A stretch of DNA of 64,000 nucleotides from Bdellovibrionales bacterium (GCA_965262715.1 OZ253553.1:2720001-2784000), one strand, 5' to 3'. Shown: positions 20,228-30,885, counted from the first letter of the stretch. Numbers and translations are program-made. The notes: generated by a model from the letters alone, not told the origin.

Positions 20228-20888
20228 ATCAAACTTCCTATTGCTATCCTTAAATTTCTTAATTTAAAAAAAATATACTAAAAAACATATAATTCAAGTG
20301 TTAATTAAATTTAAAAATTAACTTCTTAAAGTGTCATGAACCAAAGTTTTTATAAATATCCAGAAATAAATATTTAGCTCTCTCATAATAATATTTTATT
20401 TTGTTTTGTTAAAATTTGGATGGTTTGAGTATTAAGACAATTTAGAAAATAGTTTTCAGAGATTTTGTTGCACAGATACTTGTATGTTTTAGTAGTGTTT
20501 TTTGATAGGCTTGCAAGCTAGTTCTTATCCAGTGCCTTAAAAGGTAAGGTCTTTATTGAAATATTTCATTCCATGATCAAATCATAAAATAACAGAAATG
20601 CAAGGCACGAAGACCCTCTGTTGAATGAAAATCCTGTCAAAAAACACTAATGGTAATCTTATGTAATAGGATCATATTTATACAACAAGACCATCATGAA
20701 ATATAAAATAAAGAATTTTAAAATTTTTAAACAATCTGCTAGTTAACAAGAGTGTTCGAATTTGATTATGACAATTATTTGAATTTACAAAGTTAAAAAC
20801 AAGTAAGACTTGACTTTTTTGCTTATAAGATATATTCTTTTAAGAAGATTTGTCTTGTTTTTTATAATGCAGTAGGACCAGCAAAATA

Positions 20889-21130
20889 ATGCCAACTATC
20901 TTAAGAAGGGATGGCTACAGATTTTTCTTTTATAGTAGAGAGGGTAAAGAGCTGTCCCATATTCATGTTATTGGGCATGAAGGTGAAATGAAAGTATGGC
21001 TTGAAAGTATGAAAATATGAATGTTGCAAATGTTTATCGTTTATCCCTAAGTAAACAAAAGAAGGTGTTAGAAATAATTCAGGAAAACAAAAAACTTTTC
21101 CAAGATACATGGAGAAAATTTCATGGGTGA
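20889..21130 (+). pseudogene. DUF4160-family putative toxin, interrupted
   Basis: MPTILRRDGYRFFFYSREG..HIHV..KVWL then a stop; the C-terminus ..TWRKFHG* lies downstream; TTGACT-N17-TATTCT at 20810-20838. Confidence 0.75.
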
Positions 21131-21368
21131 GCCAAATATACAAATAGATTTCACAATTCAATCCTTTTCAGTGAATCAAGATTTTTTAACTGCGAAGATC
21201 AACGATGGTCGAGTTATTTCAATTCCTATCAATTGGTTTGAACGTTTGAGGAAAGCTTCTATAGAACAACTTCAAAATTTTGAAGTTTCACCATCTGGTT
21301 ATGGTATTCATTGGCCAGAAATAGATGAAGATATTTCTATTCGATCATTTCTTTCACCTCAAAAGTAA
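21123..21368 (+). CDS. DUF2442-family putative antitoxin
   Basis: DGRVISIP..WFERL..AS..GIHWPEIDEDIS motif; overlaps the DUF4160 stop. Confidence 0.85.
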   Translation: MGEPNIQIDFTIQSFSVNQDFLTAKINDGRVISIPINWFERLRKASIEQLQNFEVSPSGYGIHWPEIDEDISIRSFLSPQK

Positions 21369-21370
21369 AG

Positions 21371-21709
21371 TCATTTATATGCCCTGTCAGATTTGAAAAT
21401 AATTCCCTCTGGTACAATTACTCCTGCTCGACCATTTAAACTCAAAAGCTCGGCAATGTAATCTACAAAAAGCACTTCTGACCTATTAGAAGTTACTGAA
21501 AATCTACTATGAGGACGAATGCCTCCTTTTGGACTCATAAAAGAATGATTAGCTAAAATTATGTCAAAATCATCATCCCAACGATGATCTGAAGTTAAAG
21601 TATCATATTCATAGATTTTGGGGTTTTTAAATTTATGAAGATACATGTTCACTAAAAGAAGCTTTACTATATCAGGAGAAATATCATAACCTACAATATT
21701 TTTTTGCAT
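21371..21709 (-). pseudogene. N6-adenine methyltransferase (HsdM-like) internal fragment
   Basis: DIILANHSF (degenerate NPPF), GRAGVIVPEGIIF; both ends are missing. Confidence 0.8.
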
Positions 21710-21773
21710 TTTCTTTCTCTCAAAAGATTTGAGTTCTTCTCTTTTATACCGATAAATTCAATATGAAACAATG

Positions 21774-21819
21774 CGTAACTTCAAATCGCAAGTGCAACTC
21801 TTTTGTGTTTATAGATATT
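21774..21819. mobile_element. Solo IS30 right end
   Basis: CGTAACTTCAAATCGCAAGTGCAACTCTTTTGTGTTTATAGATATT is the reverse complement of the end at 31176. Confidence 0.8.
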
Positions 21820-22405
21820 CTTAAGAACTGCTAGATTTACTTTTGATACTTATACAAATGAGCTTATGTATAAAAATATGGGCACTGCTCAACAGCAGCC
21901 TCAAAATAGAGTTGTATAAATGTATGTATTGTACAAGTCATATAATGATACGAGTACGTTATTGGCACTTGCTTTGAATTTGCAGAACTTCTTTTTCTGA
22001 AAGTCCTGTTGCTTTACTTATGGCTTGTATATCCATATCAGTTGTCTTTAGAAGATTTATAGCAACTTTCTGCAAACCTTTCTGCAATCCTTCTTGCAAT
22101 CCTTCCTGTCGAGCTTCTTGCCTTATACGATCTCTCATCATTTGTAATGCTGGCATTGTTCTCTTCTCCTCTGATACGTTTTTTTCTTCTATCTCTTGTA
22201 AAGTATTCCAAGTAAAGCTTGGATCACAGAGCTTCACACAATCAACTGCCCTTTCCATTAAAAAGACACGGTCTTCTTTATTGGCAAGCTTATTGGATAA
22301 CTTAAACAAATCTCCAATGACCTGCTCATCTAAGTTCCATACACTCTTTAGTATAAACAAAATCGTCCCAGATAGCAAGTCCTTTGAGCTTAATTCTGCC
22401 ATTCC

Positions 22406-23775
22406 CGAATTACCTCAGAATATGTGTTACCGAGAGTTGGTAATGTAATTTTGATTTTCGGATTGGTTGCCTCACAACCCCTCTCTTATTTATCATTAAA
22501 AATAACCAACAATTTTAATGAATTTAGCAAACAAGGGAGGGTATCATGAGTTACCATACTATCTTAGAATATATCAATGAATTAGCCAAGTACTACTTTG
22601 AAGCTCAGAGAGTTAAAAAGACTCAAATGTTGGATCATGCTACTGAAGTCACCGGACTTCACAGAAAAACTATCATCAGACAACTTAAAATCTCAAAGAG
22701 GAGTCAATTAGCCAATAATAAGAAAAGATGCGGCGCAAAGCAAAAATACCCTACAGAGTTACTTTTACCTCATATTGAATATCTGTGGAAACAAATGGAT
22801 CGGATATCTGCTAGAAGAATGAAAGCTGCTTTGAAAGATTGGCTGCCTTACTACAATGAAAATAATGTGAATGATCAAGTTAGAAGTCTTTTACAAAAGA
22901 TGAGTGTCTCTACCCTAGATCGCTTCTTAAATCTTCTTAGAAAGCGATACAGAAGCTCAAAAAAAGGAATTTCTTCCACATCTCCAGCTACTTACATGAA
23001 AAATAAAGTTCCTATCAATACTTTAGACTCCAGAGTCACTCGACCCGGATACACTCAAGCAGACACTGTAGCTCATTGTGGAGATAGGCTTATTGGTGAA
23101 TTTATGAACTCTATTACTATCACTGACATCTATTCTACATGGACTGAAAATAGAGCTTTATTCACTAAGAAAGCTTTAGAGGTAAGACGCTGTTTTAGTG
23201 ATATTCAAAGGCACTTGCCATTTAAACTTATTGCTATTAATACAGATTCAGGCAGTGAATTTCTTAATAAACCGGTCTTCAATCAATTCAAAAATAATAA
23301 AGTTATCTTTACACGTTCTAGGCCTTATAAGAAGAATGATAACTGCTATGTAGAACAGAAAAACTATACTCATGTCAGAGAGCTTTTTCACTATTATAGG
23401 ATTGAGAATAAGGAACTTAAATCAATAATGAATGACATTTATATCAATTGTTGGAATCCTTATCAAAATTACTTCATGCCTTCTTTTAAGTTAAAAAAGA
23501 AAACTCGAATCGGAGCTAAAATTAAAAAAGAATACGATGAACCAATGACTCCTTATAAAAGATTAATAACATCTTCTCATATATCCGAAAAGCAAAAGGA
23601 AGCTCTCATACAGAAGAAGAAAAAACTCAACCCATTTAAATTAGTTAAAGCTAGAGAAAAAAAACTATCTGAATTCTTTAAACTACTCAACTTATATAAT
23701 AAACAAAGGAAAAATAATGAATAACTTAACTCTTATACAAAAACTCTTGGTAACAATTTATTCTGAGGCAACACG
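22406..23775 (+). mobile_element. Insertion sequence, ISNCY-like DDE/rve type, 1370 bp, TSD TTCC
   Basis: Imperfect TIRs CGAATTACCTCAGAAT / CGTGTTGCCTCAGAAT; TTCC at 22402-22405 and 23776-23779. Confidence 0.9.
22546..23724 (+). CDS. DDE (integrase-core) transposase
   Basis: QADTVAHCG, TDSGSEF and FTRSRPYKKNDNCYVEQKN motifs. Confidence 0.9.
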   Translation: MSYHTILEYINELAKYYFEAQRVKKTQMLDHATEVTGLHRKTIIRQLKISKRSQLANNKKRCGAKQKYPTELLLPHIEYLWKQMDRISARRMKAALKDWLPYYNENNVNDQVRSLLQKMSVSTLDRFLNLLRKRYRSSKKGISSTSPATYMKNKVPINTLDSRVTRPGYTQADTVAHCGDRLIGEFMNSITITDIYSTWTENRALFTKKALEVRRCFSDIQRHLPFKLIAINTDSGSEFLNKPVFNQFKNNKVIFTRSRPYKKNDNCYVEQKNYTHVRELFHYYRIENKELKSIMNDIYINCWNPYQNYFMPSFKLKKKTRIGAKIKKEYDEPMTPYKRLITSSHISEKQKEALIQKKKKLNPFKLVKAREKKLSEFFKLLNLYNKQRKNNE

Positions 23776-24619
23776 TTCCTAAATCATTTAAGTTTAATAA
23801 TCTATACTTATAATTTAAAACATTCTCACCGAAAGCCTTTTTAAGCTCTAAAGACTTAAAGTTCAAGTAATCATGGAAGCTCAAAGGTAAATTCCATCCA
23901 CTTTTACCAGAATAAACCAACACAGGGATCACTATGGATGGAGCTTTACGTTTTCCACTCTTAACATCTTTACTGTCTTTCTCATAAATACTTGCTTGAT
24001 ACTTAAGAAGCTGTAAAAAAATATCCGAGTCATTATAGGATTTATGCTCAAAAAGAAAAATAATTTCTACAATCTCATCTGAATCTTTCATCTTCACTGA
24101 AAAAATCACATCAGCTCTCTGCTCCCTAAACACCTGATCTACAAAAACAGTCACTTTTGACTGTAGAGTCTTCCAATCAAAAAGATCAAATTCTTCAGGA
24201 GTTAAAACCAAACGAAACAAGTCTAAAACATACCGCTCCTTGCTATAAATTTCATAAAACAAATGATTGAAAATATGAAAAACTTCACGTTTTAACTCCT
24301 GTTTGTTTTTTGGAAGCTTTACCTTTTTATACTTAGATCTGACCATCACAAAACCTCTTAACTAGCTATGAACCTTATTAAACATAAAAACCTTAATCAA
24401 ATGAAAACTCCTGCTTGCATCATAATTTAATTTCAAAAATATAAAAAAATACTCATCAAAACCTCTCTAGATAAATCCTTCTGCAACAAGACCTCTGAAA
24501 AGTACAGTTCTTCGAGTCCATATTTCATTAGAAATAAAATGGTAAGGTATTAGTTTTTTAAGATTTTGTTTTGCTTTTTCTAAAAAACCAGTATTCTCTC
24601 TAAAACTCTCATATAAAAT

Positions 24620-25510
24620 CTATCGTTTAGATTTTTCTTGAAGCTTACAAATTTCTTCCTTTGAAAAACCAGTAACTTTAGATATTTTTTCTGCACTCAT
24701 ACCAGTGTTTAGAAGCTTTAATATAACTTCTGCTATCCCTTCCTGCCGTCCTTTTTCTATTCCTTCCTGTTGCCCTTCTCTTCGAGCTAGGTTTTCTGCG
24801 CTAATTCTATCTCTCTCTCTTTTATCAAGTGCATCTAAATATTCTTCTAAAATTTCATCTTGGGATAAGTTCCAAAACTTCTTTCCTGTTTTTGTTGTAT
24901 TTTTTCCTTTCATAGCTTCTCTAAGGTCTTCTAATCTTTTAAGTCCTTCTAATGCGTCCTTAGTAAATTTTGTAACATCAAGAATAATCTGAGTATCGAC
25001 TCCATTTTTTAGCATATTTAAAGCAACATTCTCACGTTCTTTATGTAGTCCTTTTATAACTCCTTCTTCAAATCCTTCTGTGTGAATGAGTTTTTCTCTA
25101 TTGACTCTATTCTTCTTTTTCTTTTCAAGGATATGTAGGTATTCACTTTCAATCTCTTTTTGAGAAATATCCCGGTAGTTCTCTACTTCCCTTGTTATGT
25201 CAATATCTTGACTCTTAAAATTCTTATACAAAATCTGCTGTTTAGCTTTTTCCTTAAATTCATAAATTTTTTCTTTTGAAAAACCAGTGACTTCAGATAT
25301 CCTTTCTATTTCTACACCAGAATCTAGAAACTTTAATATGGCTTCCTCTACTCCTTCCTGTTGTCCTTTCTTAAATCCATCCTCGACACCTACTTTATAA
25401 ACATGTTCTTCGCTACTAACTCTATCTCTTTCCATCTTGTCATAGGCATACAAGTATTCCTCTTCACCTTCTTTTTGGGAAAAATTCCAAAGTTTCTCTG
25501 TTTCTGCCAT
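24620..25510 (-). CDS. Protein made of three fused Rpn C-terminal (RpnS-like) modules, no nuclease domain
   Basis: Three W.xSQ.E..EY..D..ERDR..EG..KG..HTH-like units; own RBS GAGGAG-ACGAT-ATG. Confidence 0.8.
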   Translation of the reverse strand: MAETEKLWNFSQKEGEEEYLYAYDKMERDRVSSEEHVYKVGVEDGFKKGQQEGVEEAILKFLDSGVEIERISEVTGFSKEKIYEFKEKAKQQILYKNFKSQDIDITREVENYRDISQKEIESEYLHILEKKKKNRVNREKLIHTEGFEEGVIKGLHKERENVALNMLKNGVDTQIILDVTKFTKDALEGLKRLEDLREAMKGKNTTKTGKKFWNLSQDEILEEYLDALDKRERDRISAENLARREGQQEGIEKGRQEGIAEVILKLLNTGMSAEKISKVTGFSKEEICKLQEKSKR

Positions 25511-25550
25511 ATCGTCTCCTCAACCCTTAAAGTCCTCATATAAAGTTTAT

Positions 25551-25790
25551 TACTTAGACTTATCTTGAAATTTACAAATTTCTTCCTTTGAAAAACCAGT
25601 AACTTTAGACACTTCTTCTCCACTCATTACAACGCCTTAAAAGTTTCAATATAACTTCCTTTATTCTTTCTTGTTGTCTTTCTTTTTTACCTTTCTTAAT
25701 TCCTTTTTCTATCCATTCTTATCATCTTTCCAGATGTTCTTCTCTGTGAGCTAGATTGTCTGCACTAACCCTCTCTCTTTTAGAGATCCT
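25551..25790 (-). pseudogene. Degenerate RpnS-like module (same at 58091-58330)
   Basis: RERVSADNLAHREE..EKGIKKG..SKVTGFSKEEICKFQ with stops and a frameshift. Confidence 0.7.
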
Positions 25791-25803
25791 ATCTCTTTTG
25801 GAT

Positions 25804-26406
25804 TTATAGATATTTTTTAAGATGTTCTAATTTTTTAAGTCTTTCTAACTCGTCCTTAGTAAATTTTGTAACATCAAGAATAACCGGGGTATCAACTCCA
25901 ATCTTTACCATATTTAAAGTAATGTTCTCACGTTCTTTTTGTAGTCCTTTTATAAATCCTTCTTCAAATCCTTCTTTGCGAATGAGTTTCTCTCTATTGG
26001 CCCTATTCTTCTTTTTCCTTTCGAGAACATACAAGTGTTCACCTTCATCCTCTTCTTGAGAAACATCCCAATAGTTCTCTACTTCCTTTGTTATATCAAT
26101 GTTTTGATTCTTAAAATTCTTATACAAAATCTGTTGTTTAGTTTTTTCATGAAACTTATGAATTTTTTCTTTTGTAAAACCAGTAATTTCAGATACTTTT
26201 TCTATCTCCTCATCAGCATCTAAAAATTTTAATATAACTCCCTCCATTCCTTCTTGTCGTCCTTGCTCAAATCCATCCTCAACACCTTCTTTATAAACAA
26301 ATTCTTCTCTAGTTATTCTATCTCTTTCCATCTTGTCGTAGACAGATAAGTTTTTTTCTTCACCTTCTTTTTGAGAAAAGTCCCAAAAGTTTTCTGCCTT
26401 TGCCAT
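25804..26406 (-). CDS. Two fused RpnS-like modules
   Basis: MAKAENFWDFSQ..; own RBS GAGGAG; paralogue of 24620-25510. Confidence 0.8.
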   Translation of the reverse strand: MAKAENFWDFSQKEGEEKNLSVYDKMERDRITREEFVYKEGVEDGFEQGRQEGMEGVILKFLDADEEIEKVSEITGFTKEKIHKFHEKTKQQILYKNFKNQNIDITKEVENYWDVSQEEDEGEHLYVLERKKKNRANREKLIRKEGFEEGFIKGLQKERENITLNMVKIGVDTPVILDVTKFTKDELERLKKLEHLKKYL

Positions 26407-26445
26407 ATCGTCTCCTCAATCCTTAAGGTTCTTATATAAATTCTA

Positions 26446-27432
26446 TTATTTAGATCTTTCTTGAAACTTACAAATTTCTTCCCTTGAAAAACCGGTAACT
26501 TTAGACACTTCCTCTGCACTCATACCAGTATTTAGAAACTTTAATATAACTTCCGCTATCCCTTCCTGCCGTCCTTTTTCTATCCCTTTTTCTATTCCCT
26601 CCTGTTGTCCTTCTCTGCGGGCTAGGTTTTCTGCGCTAATTCTATCTCTTTCTCTTTTATCAAACGCATCTATATATTCTTGTAAAGCCTCATCTTGGGA
26701 TAAGTTCAAGAGATGTTTTACTGCTTTTGCCATATCTTCTCCTTTATTTTCCAAACTCTTATATTCAGTATCATTCATTTTATATGAATTCTTTAATAAA
26801 TAACACCATGACTCTCTTATATCATACAATTGCTTTACATTTTTATCAAATTTCCCTAACTCTGCTTTTTTCACTAAAAATGAACCAGCCGTCGAGGTGA
26901 GCCTCTCGAGGTGAGCCTCTGGCTGTTTTTGGGCAATGACCCCGACGGCTAATGCCCTCGGCAAATAGGTCATTGCCTCAAAAACCTGTTCATTTTTAGT
27001 AAGAAGATACTCTTCATTTTTTAATAAGATGCTAAGGGAATATTAAAGCCTACATGCATATACCAATGCTCTATCTGTAAAATAAGGTTTTGATACTGTT
27101 TGCATCTCTACATTTACAATCTCTGTTTCCTGGGTACCTGATTGTGTGTTCCTTTTTAAATGCATTCTCAAGTCGAGAACAAATCTTCTACCAGATTCTT
27201 CACCTTTTATAACAGAAGGAGTATCAGGATGAAGATCAGGATCTAAAACGTCTACTTTTATAACTTCTGAATGTTTTGGAAGTGGCAAAAAATGTGTGAG
27301 TAGTGATTTTAAAGCTTCTTCATTGCCTTTAAAATAGGTTTTAAAAGCTGCGTCATTTGTTAATTTTAAAAAATGAGACTTTTTTAAAAATTCTTCAATA
27401 TCTAATAACTGATGTTTATTACTTGAACCCAT
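26446..27432 (-). pseudogene. Rpn (PD-(D/E)XK_2) nuclease with its centre replaced by a structured repeat; internal RpnS-like ORF 26446-26733 is intact
   Basis: Matches intact 33912-34868 on both sides of 26864-27043. Confidence 0.9.
26869..27040 (+). repeat. Structured repeat unit (second copy 59409-59566 lacks a 14-bp internal duplication)
   Basis: ACTAAAAATGAAC/GTTCATTTTTAGT stem and CAAATA bulge as in the other copies. Confidence 0.85.
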
Positions 27433-27473
27433 AATTTACGCCCTCCTAAAATGAAAAATCTAATAGGAATACA

Positions 27474-27570
27474 AGCAAAATACATGCCAAGCTAAAAGCA
27501 GGAATAAACAAGGTTTCAGATTTAAAACATAGAATATTGTCCAACAATTTGGACATCGAATCCGGATTTC
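27474..27570 (-). promoter_or_regulatory. Rpn leader: sigma54-type promoter plus upstream palindromes
   Basis: TTGGCATGTATTTTGCT (GG-N10-GC); TGTCCAA-N4-TTGGACA at 27538-27555; AATCCGGATT. Confidence 0.65.
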
Positions 27571-27731
27571 ATACATCAAAACTAAATTGAAATAAAATAT
27601 TTAAATAAAAAAACTGACGCATTATTTCTTCACATTAATATTATTTAGAGACATCATCTAATAGCTTAAAATAGGTTGTTATATGGAAAGCTATTGTCGT
27701 CAATAAAAGTACTATAAATCGAGGAGTAAAA

Positions 27732-29198
27732 ATGAAAGAGGATCAACATGGTTTAGAATCTACCAATTCAAGTAAAGTGGATAAAGAGAATTTAGCAAAT
27801 AAAAAAATGACCTTTGAGGATTTTGATAAGTTAAATTTAAAGTTGTTTGGAGAAGACATTGTTAAAATTATAGAAAATGACAAAACTCTTTCTAATGATC
27901 AGAGGTCTTGCACAATAAGTTTAAATGCAGATTTTGGACAAGGAAAAACTACTTTTTTAGAGATGTTAAAGAACTTTATTGAAAAAGAAAAAGGTGATAA
28001 ATACACAGTTTTATTTATAGATGCTTGGAAAGGAGACTTTTTTAAAGAACCTATTATCACAATCCTTTCAGAGTTTTTAGAATATTTAGAGAAGAACAAG
28101 AAAGCTAAAGGTAAAAAAAACATTCTTAAAGTAATTGGAAAAGCTGGGGGTAACTTAACAAATCAATTATTAAAAAAATACACAGGCATTGACTCAAAGG
28201 AAGTGAGAAAAGAAATCAAAGAAGAAGAACTAGGAGAAAATATTTTTAAAGAATTTAAACAAAGGAAAGAAGTTTTAAAAGAGATTAAAAACATTATTTC
28301 AGATTACACTAAAGATGGTAAGAAGTTAGTGATTATTGTCGATGAATTAGATCGAGCAAGGCCTGATTATGCTGTTCATTTCCTTGAGGACATGAAACAT
28401 TTTTTTGATATTGAAAATATTGTCTTCATCTTTGGAGTTAATAAGGAACAAATGGAGGCCACTGTAAAGACTTTATATGGCAACAATCTCAAATTTGAGG
28501 GATATTATAGAAAATTTTTTAAGCATGAAAGAGACCTTCCTGACCCTGACCAAGAAGCCATAAACTTTATTAAGAGTTTATTAAAACAAACAAAAGCACA
28601 TCCAGAGCTTAACTCTGCAAATATTCATTTTTTATTTAAGGCATTCAAGTTAACATTAAGGGACTTATCTCGGTTTATAGAACATTGTGATGTTGTTCTT
28701 GCAAAAACTAAAAAAGATGATAAACGAAATTACAAATATAGTAATAGTGTTTTATTTTTTATTTGTTTGCTTCTAAAGAAACAAGATATTTTTAATAGAG
28801 TTTTAAATAATGAATTTAATCTAGATGATTTTTTAAATTTTATAGATAAAGAAAAAATACCTTATCACAGTAATGAGGAAAAAACTTTCCTAGCTGAAGT
28901 AGCTTTCTCTTTTTTAAAACCTGAATTTAAAGAGCTTATGGATGATATTCCTATCAATGATAAACTAAAACAAGAGATTGAAAACTTTGAACGTGGTAAA
29001 CAAGAAATAAAAGTAAAATTTGGCGAATATTTGATGAATAAAGCATTCTCATATCTATTTGATTCTCAACGGTCTTATATTATGAGAAAAGAGCCATGTT
29101 TAATCATTTGTGATGCTATACAACACCGAAAAGCATTTTATTTAAATAATTTAGGATTTCTGAAAATTACCCCTCAATACAATAGCTACTATAGTTAA
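27732..29198 (+). CDS. KAP-family P-loop NTPase
   Basis: LNADFGQGKTT Walker A, IDAW, VIIVDELDRARP Walker B, YYRKFF. Confidence 0.85.
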   Translation: MKEDQHGLESTNSSKVDKENLANKKMTFEDFDKLNLKLFGEDIVKIIENDKTLSNDQRSCTISLNADFGQGKTTFLEMLKNFIEKEKGDKYTVLFIDAWKGDFFKEPIITILSEFLEYLEKNKKAKGKKNILKVIGKAGGNLTNQLLKKYTGIDSKEVRKEIKEEELGENIFKEFKQRKEVLKEIKNIISDYTKDGKKLVIIVDELDRARPDYAVHFLEDMKHFFDIENIVFIFGVNKEQMEATVKTLYGNNLKFEGYYRKFFKHERDLPDPDQEAINFIKSLLKQTKAHPELNSANIHFLFKAFKLTLRDLSRFIEHCDVVLAKTKKDDKRNYKYSNSVLFFICLLLKKQDIFNRVLNNEFNLDDFLNFIDKEKIPYHSNEEKTFLAEVAFSFLKPEFKELMDDIPINDKLKQEIENFERGKQEIKVKFGEYLMNKAFSYLFDSQRSYIMRKEPCLIICDAIQHRKAFYLNNLGFLKITPQYNSYYS

Positions 29199-29349
29199 GA
29201 TTTTTCTTTTTTTACATCTTTAAAAGGTTCATCATCTGCTTTTTAGCCTATAAATCTACCAGTCTCAACATCTCTTTTTGCCCATTTACCATTTCATAAT
29301 CATAACAATAAGTTAAATCTTGTGAAAATCAATTTAAGTAGTTATGAAT

Positions 29350-29607
29350 CTAAAAGAAATATAGCACTCCAAAAATAATAAATCCTAAGACCTCTAGTAT
29401 GCTTGTTGTTAAAAGAAATATTTGTAATGCTCTAACTTTTTTCTCAAGAATCTGAGTTCTTTCTTCGACTTGTTTTGTGTATTCCTCAAATTCTTTTATA
29501 TACTCTTGAAGATGCTCTTTAGATTCAGAATCATCTTTTGTGAATTTTTTGACAATATTGTGAACAACAATAGGAGAGAGAAGTTCTAATAATACTTTCC
29601 CTATCAT
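29350..29607 (-). CDS. Small coiled-coil protein with C-terminal TM helix
   Basis: 85-aa ORF with AAGGAG RBS. Confidence 0.65.
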   Translation of the reverse strand: MIGKVLLELLSPIVVHNIVKKFTKDDSESKEHLQEYIKEFEEYTKQVEERTQILEKKVRALQIFLLTTSILEVLGFIIFGVLYFF

Positions 29608-29931
29608 TTTAACTCTCCTTTCTTTTAATAAAATGTGATTTCTATCTAGAATCTTTTTTAGTGAACTTCTATGATATGTTTATTATTTTGATTTCATGAT
29701 TAACCTATCGGTCAAAAAAATCAGTTTATCAATTAAACTTCATAAAGAAGATGATAATTTATTTTATTTTGAAAAGGGGTGTTACGTAATAGTAGCAAAA
29801 TAGCTTTTAAGGTAACTTTTTTGATTTATAGCTGTGGATTCAAGTCGTAAGTGCAACTCCTTGCATAGTTATTTAAAGCGGGTTAGAGGAATACTCTAAT
29901 CAATAGCTTTACATAATGAAAGGAGTATTCC

Positions 29932-30885
29932 ATGAGCAATTACACTCATCTAACCCAATATGAGAGATATCAGATTTCAGCTCTTTTGAGAAGTGGGAAA
30001 TCAATAAGTTCAATTTCAAAGCAGTTAGGTCGAGATAAAAGCACCTTATATAGGGAAATGAATCGTAATAAAGGTTTGCGTGGATATCGCGCTCACCAAG
30101 CCCATGAAAAAGCCTCTTATCGTCTGAAAAATTCTCATAGATATATAAAGATAACACAGAAAGTTATTGGTAAGATTGAAAGGTTTCTTGTTCGTGATTG
30201 GAGTCCGGAACAGATATGTGGTTATCTTCTTGAAAGAGGTTTATTTGTAAGTCACGAGAGTATTTACCAGCATATTCTAAAGGATAAGAAAGTAGGAGGT
30301 TCTCTCTACAAATTTTTAAGATGTCAGAAAAAACGGAAGAAGCGATATGATACAAGTAGATTTGATAAAAGGGGTCAGATACAGAATAGAGTGAGTATTG
30401 ATAAGAGGCCTAAGATAGTAGATAAGAAGCTTCGGATAGGAGATATAGCAGGTGATCTGATGATAGGAAGAAATCACAAGGGAGCTTTAGTGACTCTTGT
30501 AGATAGATGCTCTAAGAAGACGAGGATCGTCCAAATAGAATCTAAGAGATCTGAAGCCGTTTTTCATGCTATTTCTAAAGCTCTTAAAGGAGAGATTGTT
30601 CGTACAATGACTTTGGATAATGGTAAAGAGTTTTCATGTCATGAGAAGATCAGTGAATATACCGGATGTAAAGTTTATTTTGCACATCCTTACAGTTCTT
30701 ATGAGCGAGGTTTAAATGAGAACACAAATGGTTTAATCCGTCAGTATTTTCCAAAGAAGACAGATTTCAGAAAGATCACTCAAAAGGATGTAAAAAGAGT
30801 TGAAGTTCTTTTAAACCATCGTCCTCGTAAGAGTTTAGGTTATCTAAGTCCTAATGAGTTTCATAGACAGAAGATGATTTGCTGA
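29932..30885 (+). CDS. IS30 transposase
   Basis: WSPEQI, SHESIY, TLDNGKEF, ERGLNENTNGLIRQYFPK and LNHRPRK motifs. Confidence 0.95.
   Translation: MSNYTHLTQYERYQISALLRSGKSISSISKQLGRDKSTLYREMNRNKGLRGYRAHQAHEKASYRLKNSHRYIKITQKVIGKIERFLVRDWSPEQICGYLLERGLFVSHESIYQHILKDKKVGGSLYKFLRCQKKRKKRYDTSRFDKRGQIQNRVSIDKRPKIVDKKLRIGDIAGDLMIGRNHKGALVTLVDRCSKKTRIVQIESKRSEAVFHAISKALKGEIVRTMTLDNGKEFSCHEKISEYTGCKVYFAHPYSSYERGLNENTNGLIRQYFPKKTDFRKITQKDVKRVEVLLNHRPRKSLGYLSPNEFHRQKMIC

Larger units (their letters stand above)
21959..24349 (-). pseudogene. Rpn/YhgA-like nuclease interrupted by an IS; the internal C-terminal ORF 21959-22156 remains intact
   Basis: Removing the IS restores the sequence of intact paralogue 54704-55756. 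Confidence 0.9.
21903..27576. repeat. Rpn block, copy 1 (direct repeat of 54648-61517)
   Basis: Near-identical to copy 2 apart from different IS insertions, module count and VNTR length. Confidence 0.9.

Noticed and set aside
24620..26733. Diversity-generating retroelement explanation for module variation
   Set aside because: No reverse transcriptase in the window, and the differences do not appear adenine-specific.
26734..26973. N-terminal extensions of ORFs 26446-26973 and 58986-59462
   Set aside because: The starts lie inside the inserted element; the credible start is the internal SD-ATG at 26733/59273.
29195..29300. Small minus-strand ORF relic (KRDVETGRFIG*KADDEPFK)
   Set aside because: Contains stops and has no assignable function.
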